Source: Escherichia phage vB_EcoM_ESCO10. From it: DNA of 64,000 nt. The translations under genes were made by a program, and so were the position numbers. The notes beneath the pieces were generated by a model, which searched no databases, was not told where the DNA came from, and saw nothing but the letters and a program-made list of their open reading frames with translations. Below, in pieces: positions 45,337 through 59,080 of this stretch (its first letter is position 1; every line of letters starts with the position of its first letter). The stretch is from the sequence record OM386655.1, one strand, 5' to 3'.

Positions 45337-45358
45337 AAAAGGGCTTCGGCCCTTTTTT
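45337..45358 (+). terminator. rho-independent terminator after wac
   Basis: AAAAGGGC-TTCG-GCCCTTTTTT. Confidence 0.75.
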
Positions 45359-45360
45359 GC

Positions 45361-45368
45361 TATAAATA
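45361..45368 (+). promoter_or_regulatory. late promoter (TATAAATA) for gene 13
   Basis: Exact TATAAATA 21 nt upstream of ATG, directly after the wac terminator. Confidence 0.65.
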
Positions 45369-45389
45369 CGGTTATTAGAGGAATAAAAC

Positions 45390-46322
45390 ATGGCAAGCGA
45401 ATCATTTAACCCTAAGCAACTCAAGGACGCTATCCTGCGCCGCCTGGGTGCGCCGATTACAAATATTGAAGTAACTACAGACCAAGTATACGATTGCATC
45501 CAGCGAGCCCTAGAGCTCTACGGTGAGTATCATTATAACGGGTATAACAAAGGCTATCAGGCTTTTTATATCGGTCATGACGATGAAGAAAAATTCCGTA
45601 ATGGGGTATTTGACCTTAAAGGCCGTAATATATTTGCAGTGACACAAATTTTGAGAACCAATGTAGGTTCTTTAACATCTATGGATGGGCAAGCAACTTA
45701 TCCATGGTTTACTGATTTTGTATTAGGCTTAGCAGGTATTAATGGCGGGTTAGGGTCTTCGTGTAACAGTTTTGGACCTAATGCCTTCGGTGCTGACCTT
45801 GGTTATTTTACCCAACTAATGCAATATCGTTCTATGATGCAGGACCTTTTGGTTCCACTACCTGATTATTGGTATAACGACGCCACCGAACAGTTGAAGG
45901 TAATGGGTAACTTTGTTAAAGGTGATTTTATTGTAATTGAAGTTTATACTCGCTCTTTTAATGGAGTGGATTCTATGGTAGGAAATACCGTAGGATATGG
46001 TTATGCTTCATCTTGTGGTGAAGATGCATGGAGTCCAGGTGCTGTTTGGGATAATCCGGCTCGTCGTATTTCTGGTATGCGTGTAGGTGAGGACCTTGGT
46101 CTTCAAGATGGTGCATATAATAACCGTTGGGTTAAAGATTATGCTACTGCATTGGTTAAAGAAGTCAATGGTAATATTTTAGCCAAACACCAAGGCATGC
46201 AACTTGCAGGTGGAACCACCGTAGATGGTATTCGATTGATTGAAGAAGCTCGTTTAGAAAAAGAACGTCTTCGCGAAGAATTGGATTTACTCGACCCACC
46301 AACACCTATTTTAATTGGATAA
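45390..46322 (+). CDS. 13: gp13 neck protein
   Basis: 310 aa (T4 309); TATAAATA late promoter and GAGGAA SD. Confidence 0.85.
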   Translation: MASESFNPKQLKDAILRRLGAPITNIEVTTDQVYDCIQRALELYGEYHYNGYNKGYQAFYIGHDDEEKFRNGVFDLKGRNIFAVTQILRTNVGSLTSMDGQATYPWFTDFVLGLAGINGGLGSSCNSFGPNAFGADLGYFTQLMQYRSMMQDLLVPLPDYWYNDATEQLKVMGNFVKGDFIVIEVYTRSFNGVDSMVGNTVGYGYASSCGEDAWSPGAVWDNPARRISGMRVGEDLGLQDGAYNNRWVKDYATALVKEVNGNILAKHQGMQLAGGTTVDGIRLIEEARLEKERLREELDLLDPPTPILIG

Positions 46323-46324
46323 TT

Positions 46325-46969
46325 ATGAACTATAATAAGATTTACAAATCTTTAATAAATAAGGGCCTCGAAAGAGGTCTAAATAAAAAGAAGGTAGGGT
46401 TTTATACAGAGAAGCATCATATTGTCCCTAAATCCATGGGTGGTAGTGAAGACAAATCTAATTTTGTTCTTTTAACCGCTAGAGAACATTTTGTAGCTCA
46501 TCAATTATTGTATAAAATACACAAAAACCGTTCTATGGCCCATGCTATGATTAATATGTGTGCTGATAGCACAGGTAATAGGGTTAATTCTAAGTTATTA
46601 GATTGGCACCGTAAAGCTAAGGCTAAGGCCCAAAGTGAGATGGTTTCAGGTGAAAACCATCCTATGTATAACAAGAAACATAAAAAAGAAACATTAGAAA
46701 AAATGAGATTGGCCAAATTAGGCGTCCCATGGACTGAAGAAGTTAAGGAATCTAGAAGAGAAGAATTACTTAAAACCTCTGAACACGCTAGGACTTTCAT
46801 CGACTATAAATCTGGCGGAGAAAATCCAGCCGCAAAGAAAATATGTATAGAAGGTATAGTATTTGATTATATGGAAGAAGCGGTTCCTTGGTGTAATATA
46901 ACAAGAAGAACTCTTTTAAATAGAATCAAATCTTCAGACCCTAAATGGAGGGATTGGAATTATGTCTAA
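46325..46969 (+). CDS. HNH homing endonuclease (free-standing)
   Basis: H-N-H motif region [31 protein letters not shown]; inserted between genes 13 and 14, which are adjacent in T4. Confidence 0.75.
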   Translation: MNYNKIYKSLINKGLERGLNKKKVGFYTEKHHIVPKSMGGSEDKSNFVLLTAREHFVAHQLLYKIHKNRSMAHAMINMCADSTGNRVNSKLLDWHRKAKAKAQSEMVSGENHPMYNKKHKKETLEKMRLAKLGVPWTEEVKESRREELLKTSEHARTFIDYKSGGENPAAKKICIEGIVFDYMEEAVPWCNITRRTLLNRIKSSDPKWRDWNYV

Positions 46970-47738
46970 CACTTTTGATTCAAGCTTATTTGCTAGGCTT
47001 GAGGATGGTTCAGGTTACGTTAATACAAATAAAAGCGAAATTCTCAATCCGTTCGTCAACTTTTATCGCCATGAGAATACTCAAACATTGGCCGATGCTT
47101 TAGTTGCAGAATCTATCCAAATGAGGGGAATTCCTTTATATTATATCCCTAGACAGTATGTTAAGCCTGACCAATTGTTCGGCGAAGACCTCCAAAACAA
47201 GTTTACAGTGGCCTGGAAGTTTGCGGGTTATTTGGATTCCTTTGAAGGATATTCTGGTGACAATACTTATTTCAGTAAGTTTGGTATGATGGTTAATGAT
47301 GAAGTAACAATCACAATTAACCCTAACCTTTTTAAACATCAATGCAACGGTACTGAACCAGCTTCAGGTGATTTGATTTATTTCCCTATGGACAACAGCC
47401 TATTTGAAATTAACTGGGTTCAACCTTACGACCCGTTCTATCAAGTTGGTACAAACGTCCAGCGTCGTATTACTGCTACCAAGTTCATTTATAATGGTGA
47501 AGAACTTCGTCCTGAATTACAGAGAAATGAAGGTATTAATATTCCTGAATTCAGTGAGCTTGATTTAATGCCTGTTAAGAATATTGATGGGTTGGCTGAT
47601 ATCTCAGATATCCAATACGAAGAGGTTAATGAGATTAATGCTGAAGCGGCGGAATTCGTACACCCTTATGTGGTGATTAATGGTAGAGGAGAAGATGCTC
47701 CTCCTACAGCATTTGATGATGCTTTTTTAGATGATTAA
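46962..47738 (+). CDS. 14: gp14 neck protein
   Basis: 258 aa (T4 256); synteny. Confidence 0.85.
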   Translation: MSNTFDSSLFARLEDGSGYVNTNKSEILNPFVNFYRHENTQTLADALVAESIQMRGIPLYYIPRQYVKPDQLFGEDLQNKFTVAWKFAGYLDSFEGYSGDNTYFSKFGMMVNDEVTITINPNLFKHQCNGTEPASGDLIYFPMDNSLFEINWVQPYDPFYQVGTNVQRRITATKFIYNGEELRPELQRNEGINIPEFSELDLMPVKNIDGLADISDIQYEEVNEINAEAAEFVHPYVVINGRGEDAPPTAFDDAFLDD

Positions 47739-47776
47739 ATAATACATGGCGCATAGTGCGCCATTTAGGAGGTTTG

Positions 47777-48639
47777 ATGTTTGGACATTGGTATAATAGT
47801 TCGCTACGTCGCTATATTGTTTTGATGGGTGATTTATTTTCCCATGTTCAAGTAGCGCGTCAAAGAGAAGACACAGGGCTTAAATTTATTAAAGTTCCTA
47901 TTACATATGCTTCTAAAGAAAGATTTATGGCTAATTTAGGTAAGTGGACGGCAGTTCAAAATATCCCAAATCCTAATATGTCTCCTAAAGAAAGGGCTGA
48001 ACAAAAAGCTAAAGTGGAAACTGTTCTTCCACGTATGAACCTTCAAATGGTTGACATGCTTTATAACTCACAATACAAAACAGCCCTTCAAAATAGAACA
48101 CAAATACAATTTGAGAACGGAGACCCGCGAAAACGAGTCAGCCAATATTCTCCTACTCCAGTAAAAATGATTTTTGAACTAGGAATTTACACTAGAACTC
48201 AAGATGATATGTTCCAAATTGTGGAACAAATTATGCCATATTTCCAACCTCACTTTAATACAACAATTACCGAACTCTATACAAACGAAATTAAATTTGA
48301 CCGCGACATTCGTATTGTATTTCAATCTATAGCAATGGACGAACAATTAGAAGGTGATACCAGTTCACGTCGTCGCTTGGAATGGTCTATGATGTTTGAG
48401 GTTAACGGATGGCTGTATCCTCCTGTTAAAGAAATGGAAGGCGAAATCAAAACCATTTATCTTGATTTCTTTGCCAACTCTAAAGAACTCGCTCCTGAAG
48501 GTAATTTTGAATCTGTTGATAGCGAAGTGGTTCCTAGAGGTGTAGAAGAAAAAGAATGGGATGGTAGATCCATTCAAACATATTCACAAGATATTCCGGT
48601 GCCTGTTGAACCAGAACCTCCAGCACCAAGGAGAAACTC

Positions 48640-48643
<4 letters not shown>
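47777..48643 (+). CDS. 15: gp15 tail sheath stabilizer / tail terminator
   Basis: Similar to T4 gp15 (MFG..YNSS.RRY..LMGDLFS...); start moved from GTG 47756 to ATG 47777 behind TAGGAGG SD. Confidence 0.9.
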
Positions 48644-50953
<2,310 letters not shown>

Positions 50954-50982
50954 ACAATAAAGCATAACCAAGAGGATTCAAA

Positions 50983-52965
50983 ATGGCTTTATTATCACCG
51001 GGCATTGAGCTCAAAGAAACGTCCGTACAGAGTACTGTCGTTCGTAACGCAACGGGTCGTGCAGCGCTGGTTGGTAAATTCCAGTGGGGCCCTGCTTTCC
51101 AGGTAACTCAGATTACTAATGAAGTTGAACTGGTCGACTTATTTGGTGGCCCTAATAACGAAGTAGCAGATTACTTTATGTCTGGTATGAACTTCCTCCA
51201 GTATGGTAATGACCTTCGTACAGTACGTGTTGTTAGTCGCGACCACGCTAAAAACGCATCTCCAGTTGCAGGTAACATTGAGACCACTATTACTACGGCA
51301 GGTTCTAACTATGCAGTAGGCGATAAAATCAATATCAAATATAACCAGACTGTTGTCGAATCTGAAGGTCGTGTGACTTCCGTAGATACAGATGGTAAAA
51401 TTCTTTCTGTGTTTATTCCATCAGCAAAAATTATTGCTTATGCCCGTTCTTTAAACCAGTATCCTACCCTAGGCCCGGCTTGGACCGCTGAAGTTACTTC
51501 TGCATCTTCTGGTGTGTCTGGTACTATTACTGTTGGTAAAATCGTAACCGATTCCGGTATTCTTTTGACCGAAGCCGAGAATAGTGAAGAAGCTATTACT
51601 TCTCTTGAATTCCAAGCGGCCCTTAAGAAATTTGCTATGCCAGGTGTCGTGGCTCTTTATCCGGGTGAAATTGGTTCTACTCTGGAAGTTGAAATTGTTT
51701 CTAAAGCAGCTTATGATGCTGGTTCTTCTAAAATGTTGGATATTTATCCAAATGGCGGCACTCGTGCTTCTATTGCCAAGGCGGTATTTAATTACGGTCC
51801 ACAAACAGATGACCAATATGCCATTATTGTTAGACGTGATGGTGCTATCGTAGAATCTGTCGTACTTTCTACCAAAGAAGGTGAAAAAGACGTTTACGGT
51901 AATAACATTTATCTTGATGATTATTTCGCTAAAGGTACTTCTAACTATATTTTTGCTACCTCTTTGAATTGGCCTAAAGGCTTTAGTGGTATCATCAATC
52001 TTATGGGTGGTGTATCTGCGAACGATCAAGTTACTGCCGGTGATTTGATGCAGGGTTGGGATTTGTTTGCTGATCGCGAAGCACTCCATATTAACCTGCT
52101 TATTGCTGGTGCTGTTGCAGGTGAAGGTGATGAAGTAGCTTCTACTGTTCAGAAACATGTTGTGAGTATTGCTGATGAACGCCAGGATTGCTTAGCATTT
52201 ATTTCTCCTCCTAAAGGACTGTTGGTTAACGTTCCACTGACTCGTGCAGTAGATAACCTTATTGACTGGCGTACTGGCGCGGCACTGTTCGATACTAACA
52301 ACATGAACATCAGTACTACTTATGCTGCTATTGACGGTAACTATAAATATCAGTATGACAAATATAACGATGTTAACCGTTGGGTTCCGTTAGCTGCTGA
52401 TATGGCTGGCTTGTGTGCACGTACGGATGATGTGTCTCAGCCTTGGATGTCTCCGGCTGGTTATAACCGTGGTCAGATTCTTAACGTTCTGAAATTGGCA
52501 ATTGAACCGCGTCAAGCACAACGTGACCGCATGTACCAGGAAGCTATTAACCCGGTTGTTGGTTTTGCTGGTGGTGATGGTTTCGTATTGTTTGGTGATA
52601 AGACTGCAACTAAAGTTCCATCTCCGATGGACCATATTAACGTTCGCCGTCTGTTCAACATGCTTAAGAAAAATATTGGTGATGCCTCTAAATATAAACT
52701 GTTTGAGTTGAATGATAACTTCACTCGTTCAAGCTTCCGTATGGAAGTTTCTCAGTACTTAGATGGTATTAAGGCACTTGGTGGGATTTATGAAGGACGT
52801 GTGGTTTGTGATACTACAGTGAACACCCCTGCGGTTATTGACCGTAACGAGTTTATTGCTAATATCTATGTTAAGCCTGCTCGTTCTATTAACTACATCA
52901 CGTTGAACTTCGTTGCAACGAGCACTGGTGCTGATTTTGATGAATTGATTGGACCTCTAGTATAA
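50983..52965 (+). CDS. 18: gp18 tail sheath protein
   Basis: 660 aa (T4 659); late promoter TATAAATA upstream. Confidence 0.95.
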   Translation: MALLSPGIELKETSVQSTVVRNATGRAALVGKFQWGPAFQVTQITNEVELVDLFGGPNNEVADYFMSGMNFLQYGNDLRTVRVVSRDHAKNASPVAGNIETTITTAGSNYAVGDKINIKYNQTVVESEGRVTSVDTDGKILSVFIPSAKIIAYARSLNQYPTLGPAWTAEVTSASSGVSGTITVGKIVTDSGILLTEAENSEEAITSLEFQAALKKFAMPGVVALYPGEIGSTLEVEIVSKAAYDAGSSKMLDIYPNGGTRASIAKAVFNYGPQTDDQYAIIVRRDGAIVESVVLSTKEGEKDVYGNNIYLDDYFAKGTSNYIFATSLNWPKGFSGIINLMGGVSANDQVTAGDLMQGWDLFADREALHINLLIAGAVAGEGDEVASTVQKHVVSIADERQDCLAFISPPKGLLVNVPLTRAVDNLIDWRTGAALFDTNNMNISTTYAAIDGNYKYQYDKYNDVNRWVPLAADMAGLCARTDDVSQPWMSPAGYNRGQILNVLKLAIEPRQAQRDRMYQEAINPVVGFAGGDGFVLFGDKTATKVPSPMDHINVRRLFNMLKKNIGDASKYKLFELNDNFTRSSFRMEVSQYLDGIKALGGIYEGRVVCDTTVNTPAVIDRNEFIANIYVKPARSINYITLNFVATSTGADFDELIGPLV

Positions 52966-53091
52966 TCTATTATCCCAGGCTGTAATATAAAGAACCTAAA
53001 ACCATTATACCATGTGTTTGGTTACAGCGTATATCACGCAGGAATTGCGCCTGGGGTTGGTTAACTATCAGGAATATGATTTATCAACTGT

Positions 53092-53099
53092 TATAAATA
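53092..53099 (+). promoter_or_regulatory. late promoter (TATAAATA) for gene 19
   Basis: Exact TATAAATA about 52 nt upstream of ATG; 5' UTR hairpin TTCCTGG-TGTG-GCCAGGAA at 53114..53133. Confidence 0.6.
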
Positions 53100-53151
53100 A
53101 ATTAATCAGAACGTTCCTGGTGTGGCCAGGAACTGACTTATGAGGCATCCC

Positions 53152-53643
53152 ATGGAGTTGACAGATATCACTCGTGCGTTTGAGTCAGGTGACTTTGCAC
53201 GCCCTAACCTTTTCGAAGTGGAAATTCCATTTCTTGGTAAAAACTTTAGCTTTAAATGTAAAGCAGCACCTATGCCGGCTGGCATTGTAGAAAAAGTACC
53301 AGTTGGCTACATGAACCGTAAAATTAACGTAGCTGGTGACCGTACATTTGATGATTGGACCATTACCATTTATAACGATGATGCTCATGACACCCGTCAG
53401 GCAATTGTTGATTGGCAGAACCTCTGTCATGGTATGACTAATGAAATTACCGGTGCTGCACCTGCAGAATATAAGAAACAAGCAATTGTTCGTCAGTTCC
53501 ACCGTGACGGCAAGACTGTGACTAAAGAAGTTACAATTTACGGCTTATGGCCTACTAACGTTGGTGAAGTCCAGATGGATTGGGATTCAAACAACGAGGT
53601 AGAAACTTTCGAATCTACGTTCGCTATCGATTGGTGGGAATGA
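53152..53643 (+). CDS. 19: gp19 tail tube protein
   Basis: 163 aa, highly similar to T4 gp19 (..DITRAFESGDFARPNLF.VEI...); start moved to ATG 53152 behind GAGG SD. Confidence 0.95.
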   Translation: MELTDITRAFESGDFARPNLFEVEIPFLGKNFSFKCKAAPMPAGIVEKVPVGYMNRKINVAGDRTFDDWTITIYNDDAHDTRQAIVDWQNLCHGMTNEITGAAPAEYKKQAIVRQFHRDGKTVTKEVTIYGLWPTNVGEVQMDWDSNNEVETFESTFAIDWWE

Positions 53644-53644
53644 G

Positions 53645-53652
53645 TATAAATA
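53645..53652 (+). promoter_or_regulatory. late promoter (TATAAATA) for gene 20
   Basis: Exact TATAAATA; 5' UTR hairpin AAGGAGC-TTCG-GCTCCTT follows. Confidence 0.65.
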
Positions 53653-53700
53653 GAACTATAAAGGAGCTTCGGCTCCTTATCCCATTCATCGGAGACTCTA

Positions 53701-55275
53701 ATGGCAAACTTTAATACAATATTAAGTTTTCTTAAGCCATGGGCTAATGAAGACGAAAAAGAATATAAACAACAATTAAATAACAATTTAGAGTCTGTCA
53801 CTGCACCTAAGCTTGATGATGGCGCTCGCGAAATTGAAACCCAAGAGCAAAATATCCCTTATAATGCTCTTATGCAACAAATGTTTGGTAGTAATGAGCC
53901 TGAAGTAAAAAACACCAGGGAACTCATTGATACCTACCGTAATTTGATGAATAACTATGAAGTCGATAATGCAGTTCAAGAAATTGTGTCCGATGCTATT
54001 GTCTACGAGGATGATAAAGAAGTAGTTGCATTAAATTTAGACGGGACAGATTTCAGTCAATCAATTAAAGATAAAATTTTGGCTGAATTTAGTGAAGTTT
54101 TGAATCTTTTAAATTTCCAACGTAAAGGCACCGACCATTTCCAGCGTTGGTATGTAGACTCGAGAATATTCTTTCATAAAATTATAAACCCTAAAAAAAT
54201 GAAAGATGGTATACAAGAGCTCCGTCGTTTAGACCCTCGCCAACTCCAATATATCCGTGAAATTGTTACACGTATGGAAGACGGCGTTAAAATCGTTGAT
54301 GGGTATCGCGAGTTTTTCGTTTACGATACGGGTCATGAAAGTTATTGTGCTGATGGACGTGTTTATTCAGCTGGTACTAAAGTTAAAATTCCTCGTGCTG
54401 CAGTGGTTTATGCACATTCCGGATTATTAGATTGTTGTGGTAAAAACATCATAGGTTATTTGCAACGGGCTATCAAACCTGCAAACCAGCTTAAATTGAT
54501 GGAAGACGCAATGGTCATCTATCGTATTACCCGTGCTCCAGACCGTCGTGTATTTTATATCGATACAGGAAATATGCCTTCTCGTAAGGCCGCAGCACAA
54601 ATGCAACATATCATGAACACGATGAAAAACCGTGTAGTATATGATGCTTCGACAGGTAAAATTAAAAACCAACAACACAATATGTCAATGACTGAAGACT
54701 ATTGGTTGCAACGTCGAGACGGTAAAGCAGTTACAGAAGTTGATACTATGCCTGGTGCCACAGGTATGAGTGATATGGATGACGTTCTTTATTTCCGCAC
54801 AGCACTTTATCGTGCGCTGCGTATCCCAGAGTCACGTATCCCTAGTGAATCTAATTCCGGCGTTATGTTTGATGCTGGCACAGCTATAACTCGTGATGAG
54901 TTGAAATTTGCTAAATGGATTCGTCAACTCCAAAATAAATTCGAAGAAATTTTCTTAGACCCATTAAAAACAAACCTCATTCTTAAAAAGATTATTACAG
55001 AAGATGAGTGGGAAAGAGAAATAAATAATATTAAAGTTACGTTCAATCGTGATAGCTATTTCAGTGAAATGAAAGATGCTGAAATCATGGAACGCAGAAT
55101 CAATATGCTAACGATGGCTGAACCATTTATTGGTAAGTATATTTCACATCAAACGGCTATGAAAGATTTCCTTCAGATGACTGACGAAGAAATTAATCAA
55201 GAAGCTAAGCAAATTGAAGAAGAGTCTAAAGAGGCTCGTTTCCAAAACCCAGATGAAGAAGAAGAGGATTTCTAA
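53701..55275 (+). CDS. 20: gp20 portal vertex protein
   Basis: 524 aa as T4 gp20; late promoter and 5' UTR hairpin upstream. Confidence 0.95.
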   Translation: MANFNTILSFLKPWANEDEKEYKQQLNNNLESVTAPKLDDGAREIETQEQNIPYNALMQQMFGSNEPEVKNTRELIDTYRNLMNNYEVDNAVQEIVSDAIVYEDDKEVVALNLDGTDFSQSIKDKILAEFSEVLNLLNFQRKGTDHFQRWYVDSRIFFHKIINPKKMKDGIQELRRLDPRQLQYIREIVTRMEDGVKIVDGYREFFVYDTGHESYCADGRVYSAGTKVKIPRAAVVYAHSGLLDCCGKNIIGYLQRAIKPANQLKLMEDAMVIYRITRAPDRRVFYIDTGNMPSRKAAAQMQHIMNTMKNRVVYDASTGKIKNQQHNMSMTEDYWLQRRDGKAVTEVDTMPGATGMSDMDDVLYFRTALYRALRIPESRIPSESNSGVMFDAGTAITRDELKFAKWIRQLQNKFEEIFLDPLKTNLILKKIITEDEWEREINNIKVTFNRDSYFSEMKDAEIMERRINMLTMAEPFIGKYISHQTAMKDFLQMTDEEINQEAKQIEEESKEARFQNPDEEEEDF

Positions 55276-55541
55276 TGGAAGATTTAATCGAAGCTATTAA
55301 ATCAAACGACCTCGTAGCAGTTCGTAAAGCAGCAGGCCCGCTTATCGAATCTCGAGTAGCCGCTTTGATTGAAGCCCGTAAAGCAGAAATTGCTCGCTCC
55401 GTTATGATTGAAGGCGAAGAAGCCGAAGATGACGAAGACGAAGATAAAGACGAAAAATCCGATAAAGCAGATAAGAAAGACAAAAAAGAATCTGATGATG
55501 CGGATGAAGGTGATGACGACGATGACGAGGACGACGAATAA
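55275..55541 (+). CDS. 67: gp67 prohead core protein
   Basis: 88 aa with highly acidic C-terminus; position 20-67-68-21 as in T4. Confidence 0.7.
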   Translation: MEDLIEAIKSNDLVAVRKAAGPLIESRVAALIEARKAEIARSVMIEGEEAEDDEDEDKDEKSDKADKKDKKESDDADEGDDDDDEDDE

Positions 55542-55969
55542 TGTTCCTTATCCCTGATGATTACGAATTAACTCTAGAAAGTGTAGAGGCCAAAATTCCA
55601 GAAGCACAGGGACGTTTTGCTGCTCTTTCTGAAGCCCTCGAGAAAAGCGATATAAATAATCTTGTAGAGAACATGATTGCTGATGGTGATATTGATACAG
55701 CTATTGCCATCGCCTCTTTGAATGAAAATATGGCTCTTAACGAATTTATCGTTAAGCACGTCTCCTCTAAAGGTGAGCTTACTCGTACTAAAGATATTAA
55801 AACCCGTCAACGCAACGCCTATCAAACGACTGGGTTATCTAAAGCAAAACGCCGTCAGATTGCTCGCAAAGCATCTAAAACCAAGCGTGCTAATCCATCT
55901 ACTCAAGTACGTGCTGAACGTAAGCGTAAAAAAGCTCGTTCTAAACGTAAAGCCTTTGGACTTAACTAA
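55541..55969 (+). CDS. 68: gp68 prohead core protein
   Basis: 142 aa (T4 141); basic C-terminus; synteny. Confidence 0.75.
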   Translation: MFLIPDDYELTLESVEAKIPEAQGRFAALSEALEKSDINNLVENMIADGDIDTAIAIASLNENMALNEFIVKHVSSKGELTRTKDIKTRQRNAYQTTGLSKAKRRQIARKASKTKRANPSTQVRAERKRKKARSKRKAFGLN

Positions 55970-56604
55970 TGAAACCTGAATTGCTCATCGAACATTGGGG
56001 ACAACCAGGTGAAATTATCGATGGGGTTCCTATGTTGGAATCTCATGATGGAAAAAATTCTGGACTTGCCCCAGGCCTTTATATAGAAGGCGTATTCATG
56101 CAAGCCGAAGTAGTTAACCGTAATAAACGTCTTTATCCAAAACCTATTTTGGAAAAAGCCGTTGCCGATTATATGGCAGAACAAGTTGCTACTAAACAAG
56201 CTTTAGGAGAATTAAATCATCCGCCTCGTGCTAACGTCGACCCTATGCAAGCCGCTATTATTATTGAAGATATGTGGTGGAAAGGTAATGACGTTTATGG
56301 ACGTGCTCGTATTATTGAAGGCGACCATGGTCCTGGTGATAAACTAGCTGCTAATATTAGAGCCGGTTGGGTGCCTGGTGTTAGTTCTCGTGGTCTAGGT
56401 TCTTTAACCGAAACCAATAAAGGATATAAGCGTGTAAACGAAGGTTATAAATTAACCGTCGGTGTTGATGCAGTATGGGGACCATCTGCTCCTGATGCTT
56501 ATGTAACCCCGAAGCAAATTACAGAATCACAAACGGTAGAAACCGATACCAGTGCCGATGACGCCTTTATGGCTCTCGCAGAGGCCATGAAAAAAGCGTT
56601 ATAA
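55969..56604 (+). CDS. 21: gp21 prohead core scaffold / protease
   Basis: 211 aa, highly similar to T4 gp21 (LLIE.WGQPGEIIDGVPMLESHDGK...). Confidence 0.92.
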   Translation: MKPELLIEHWGQPGEIIDGVPMLESHDGKNSGLAPGLYIEGVFMQAEVVNRNKRLYPKPILEKAVADYMAEQVATKQALGELNHPPRANVDPMQAAIIIEDMWWKGNDVYGRARIIEGDHGPGDKLAANIRAGWVPGVSSRGLGSLTETNKGYKRVNEGYKLTVGVDAVWGPSAPDAYVTPKQITESQTVETDTSADDAFMALAEAMKKAL

Positions 56605-56607
56605 ATA
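56600..56607 (+). promoter_or_regulatory. late promoter (TATAAATA) for gene 22
   Basis: Exact TATAAATA 27 nt upstream of ATG. Confidence 0.6.
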
Positions 56608-56634
56608 TTATTATCTAAACAACAGGACTACAAA

Positions 56635-57450
56635 ATGCTTAAAGAACAACTGATCGCCGAAGCACAGAATATTGATGCTTCCGTTGCTCTTGATAGTATT
56701 TTCGAATCAGTTAATATTTCTCCGGAAGCAAAAGAAACTTTCGGCACTGTATTCGAAGCTACCGTCAAGCAACACGCCGTTAAACTGGCTGAATCTCATA
56801 TCGCTAAAATCGCTGAAAAAGCGGAAGAAGAAGTTGAGAAAAATAAAGAAGAAGCTGAAGAGAAAGCTGATAAGAAAATCCAAGAAGCTGCCGGTCGTTT
56901 CCTTGACCACGTCGCTAAAGAATGGATGGCTGAAAACCAGCTGGCTGTTGATAAAGGTATTAAAGCCGAACTGTTCGAATCCATGTTGATGGGTATGAAA
57001 GAACTGTTTGTTGAACACAATGTGGTTGTTCCAGAAGAAGCAGTAGACGTTGTCTCTGAGATGGAAGAAGAATTGGCCGAACAGAAAGCCGAAACAGCCC
57101 GTTTGTTCGAAGAAGTTGGCAAGCGTGAAGCATATATTAATTACGTGCAGCGTGAAGTGGCTGTAACTGAAGCAACTAAAGATTTGACCGAATCTCAGAA
57201 AGAAAAAGTTAGTTCTCTGGTAGAAGGCATGGATTATTCCGATGCATTTGGTAAAAAAATTGGCGCTATCGTTGAAATGGTTAAAGGTCAGACCGACGTT
57301 GAAAAACCAATCACTGAAGCCGCTATAAATAAAACTGAAGACGATGCTGCAGCACTGAATTATATTTCGGAAGCAGTTGAAGAAAAAGGCGCTAAGCCTA
57401 CCCTGTCCTTCGCGGACCTGTCTGCAATCGCAGCATCTCGAATTTCTTAA
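56635..57450 (+). CDS. 22: gp22 prohead core scaffold protein
   Basis: 271 aa acidic coiled-coil protein (T4 269); synteny. Confidence 0.85.
   Translation: MLKEQLIAEAQNIDASVALDSIFESVNISPEAKETFGTVFEATVKQHAVKLAESHIAKIAEKAEEEVEKNKEEAEEKADKKIQEAAGRFLDHVAKEWMAENQLAVDKGIKAELFESMLMGMKELFVEHNVVVPEEAVDVVSEMEEELAEQKAETARLFEEVGKREAYINYVQREVAVTEATKDLTESQKEKVSSLVEGMDYSDAFGKKIGAIVEMVKGQTDVEKPITEAAINKTEDDAAALNYISEAVEEKGAKPTLSFADLSAIAASRIS
57324..57331 (+). promoter_or_regulatory. possible late promoter for gene 23 inside gene 22
   Basis: Exact TATAAATA 140 nt upstream of the gene 23 ATG, within the 3' end of gene 22. Confidence 0.4.
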
Positions 57451-57471
57451 TTTAATAAGGTTATACAACAC

Positions 57472-59031
57472 ATGAAAAAGAATGCATTAGTACAAAAATG
57501 GTCCGCTCTGCTGGAAAACGAAGCTCTTCCTGAAATCGTTGGTGCTTCTAAACAAGCCATCATCGCTAAAATCTTTGAAAACCAGGAACAAGATATTCTG
57601 ACCGCTCCTGAATATCGTGACGAAAAAATCTCTGAAGCATTTGGTTCTTTCCTGACTGAAGCCGAAATCGGTGGTGACCACGGTTATGATGCTACCAATA
57701 TCGCAGCTGGCCAGACCTCTGGTGCAGTAACTCAGATTGGGCCGGCAGTAATGGGTATGGTTCGTCGTGCTATTCCTCATCTGATTGCTTTTGATATTTG
57801 TGGTGTTCAGCCTCTGAATAACCCTACTGGTCAGGTATTTGCACTGCGTGCAGTATATGGTAAAGACCCTGTAGCTGCTGGTGCTAAAGAAGCTTTCCAC
57901 CCGATGTATGCTCCGAACGCTATGTTCTCTGGTCAGGGTGCTGCTGAAGCTTTCGAAGCTCTGGCTGCAAGCAAAGTTCTTACCGTTGGTAAAATTTATT
58001 CTCACTTCTTCGAAGCAACCGGTTCTGCACACTTCCAGGCTGTTGAAGCTGTAACCGTTGATGCCGCCGCTACTGATGCTGCTAAACTTGACGTTGAAGT
58101 TACCAAACTGCTCGAAGCTGGTAAGCTGGCAGAAATCGCTGAAGGTATGGCTACTTCTATCGCCGAACTTCAGGAAGGCTTTAACGGTTCCCAGGATAAC
58201 CCGTGGAACGAAATGGGCTTCCGCATCGATAAACAAGTTATCGAAGCTAAATCCCGTCAGCTGAAAGCAAGCTACTCCATCGAACTGGCACAGGACCTTC
58301 GTGCAGTACACGGTATGGATGCAGATGCTGAACTGAGTGGTATTCTTGCTACTGAAATTATGTTGGAAATCAACCGTGAAGTTATCGATTGGATTAACTA
58401 TTCTGCACAGGTTGGTAAATCTGGTATGACCAACACCGTTGGCGCTAAAGCTGGTGTGTTTGACTTCCAGGACCCGATTGATATCCGTGGTGCTCGTTGG
58501 GCCGGTGAAAGCTTTAAAGCTCTCCTGTTCCAGATTGATAAAGAAGCCGCCGAAATCGCTCGTCAGACCGGTCGTGGTGCTGGTAACTTCATCATCGCTT
58601 CCCGTAACGTAGTTAACGTACTGGCTGCAGTTGATACTTCTGTAAGTTATGCCGCTCAGGGTCTTGGTCAAGGTTTCAACGTTGACACTACCAAAGCAGT
58701 ATTTGCCGGTGTTCTTGGTGGTAAATATCGCGTTTACATCGACCAGTATGCTCGTGCTGATTACTTCACCATCGGTTATAAAGGTTCTAACGAAATGGAC
58801 GCAGGTATTTACTATGCTCCTTACGTTGCACTGACCCCACTGCGTGGTTCCGATCCGAAGAACTTCCAGCCGGTAATGGGCTTCAAAACTCGTTACGGTA
58901 TCGGTATTAACCCGTTCGCTGACCCAGCTGCTCAGGCACCTACCAAACGTATTCAGAATGGTATGCCGGACATCGTTAACAGCCTCGGTCTGAATGGTTA
59001 CTTCCGTCGCGTTTACGTTAAAGGTATCTAA
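57472..59031 (+). CDS. 23: gp23 major capsid protein
   Basis: 519 aa (T4 521); paralogous to the two downstream gp24-like proteins; terminator hairpin after stop. Confidence 0.97.
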   Translation: MKKNALVQKWSALLENEALPEIVGASKQAIIAKIFENQEQDILTAPEYRDEKISEAFGSFLTEAEIGGDHGYDATNIAAGQTSGAVTQIGPAVMGMVRRAIPHLIAFDICGVQPLNNPTGQVFALRAVYGKDPVAAGAKEAFHPMYAPNAMFSGQGAAEAFEALAASKVLTVGKIYSHFFEATGSAHFQAVEAVTVDAAATDAAKLDVEVTKLLEAGKLAEIAEGMATSIAELQEGFNGSQDNPWNEMGFRIDKQVIEAKSRQLKASYSIELAQDLRAVHGMDADAELSGILATEIMLEINREVIDWINYSAQVGKSGMTNTVGAKAGVFDFQDPIDIRGARWAGESFKALLFQIDKEAAEIARQTGRGAGNFIIASRNVVNVLAAVDTSVSYAAQGLGQGFNVDTTKAVFAGVLGGKYRVYIDQYARADYFTIGYKGSNEMDAGIYYAPYVALTPLRGSDPKNFQPVMGFKTRYGIGINPFADPAAQAPTKRIQNGMPDIVNSLGLNGYFRRVYVKGI

Positions 59032-59045
59032 GATATAACCTTATT

Positions 59046-59072
59046 ATGGGAGACTTCGGTCTCCCATTCTTG
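59046..59072 (+). terminator. terminator after gene 23 (UUCG tetraloop hairpin)
   Basis: ATGGGAGAC-TTCG-GTCTCCCAT followed by a T-rich tract; same hairpin occurs at 21006..21025. Confidence 0.65.
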
Positions 59073-59080
59073 TTTCTGTA

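Noticed and set aside
44450-45499. 349-aa minus-strand ORF inside wac
   Set aside because: Antisense to the well-supported fibritin gene; the long open frame is a by-product of biased, repetitive coding sequence.
56707-58671. Long minus-strand ORFs (254 and 394 aa) opposite genes 22 and 23
   Set aside because: Low-complexity antisense frames opposite genes with strong homology support and late promoters; no SD or promoter on the minus strand.
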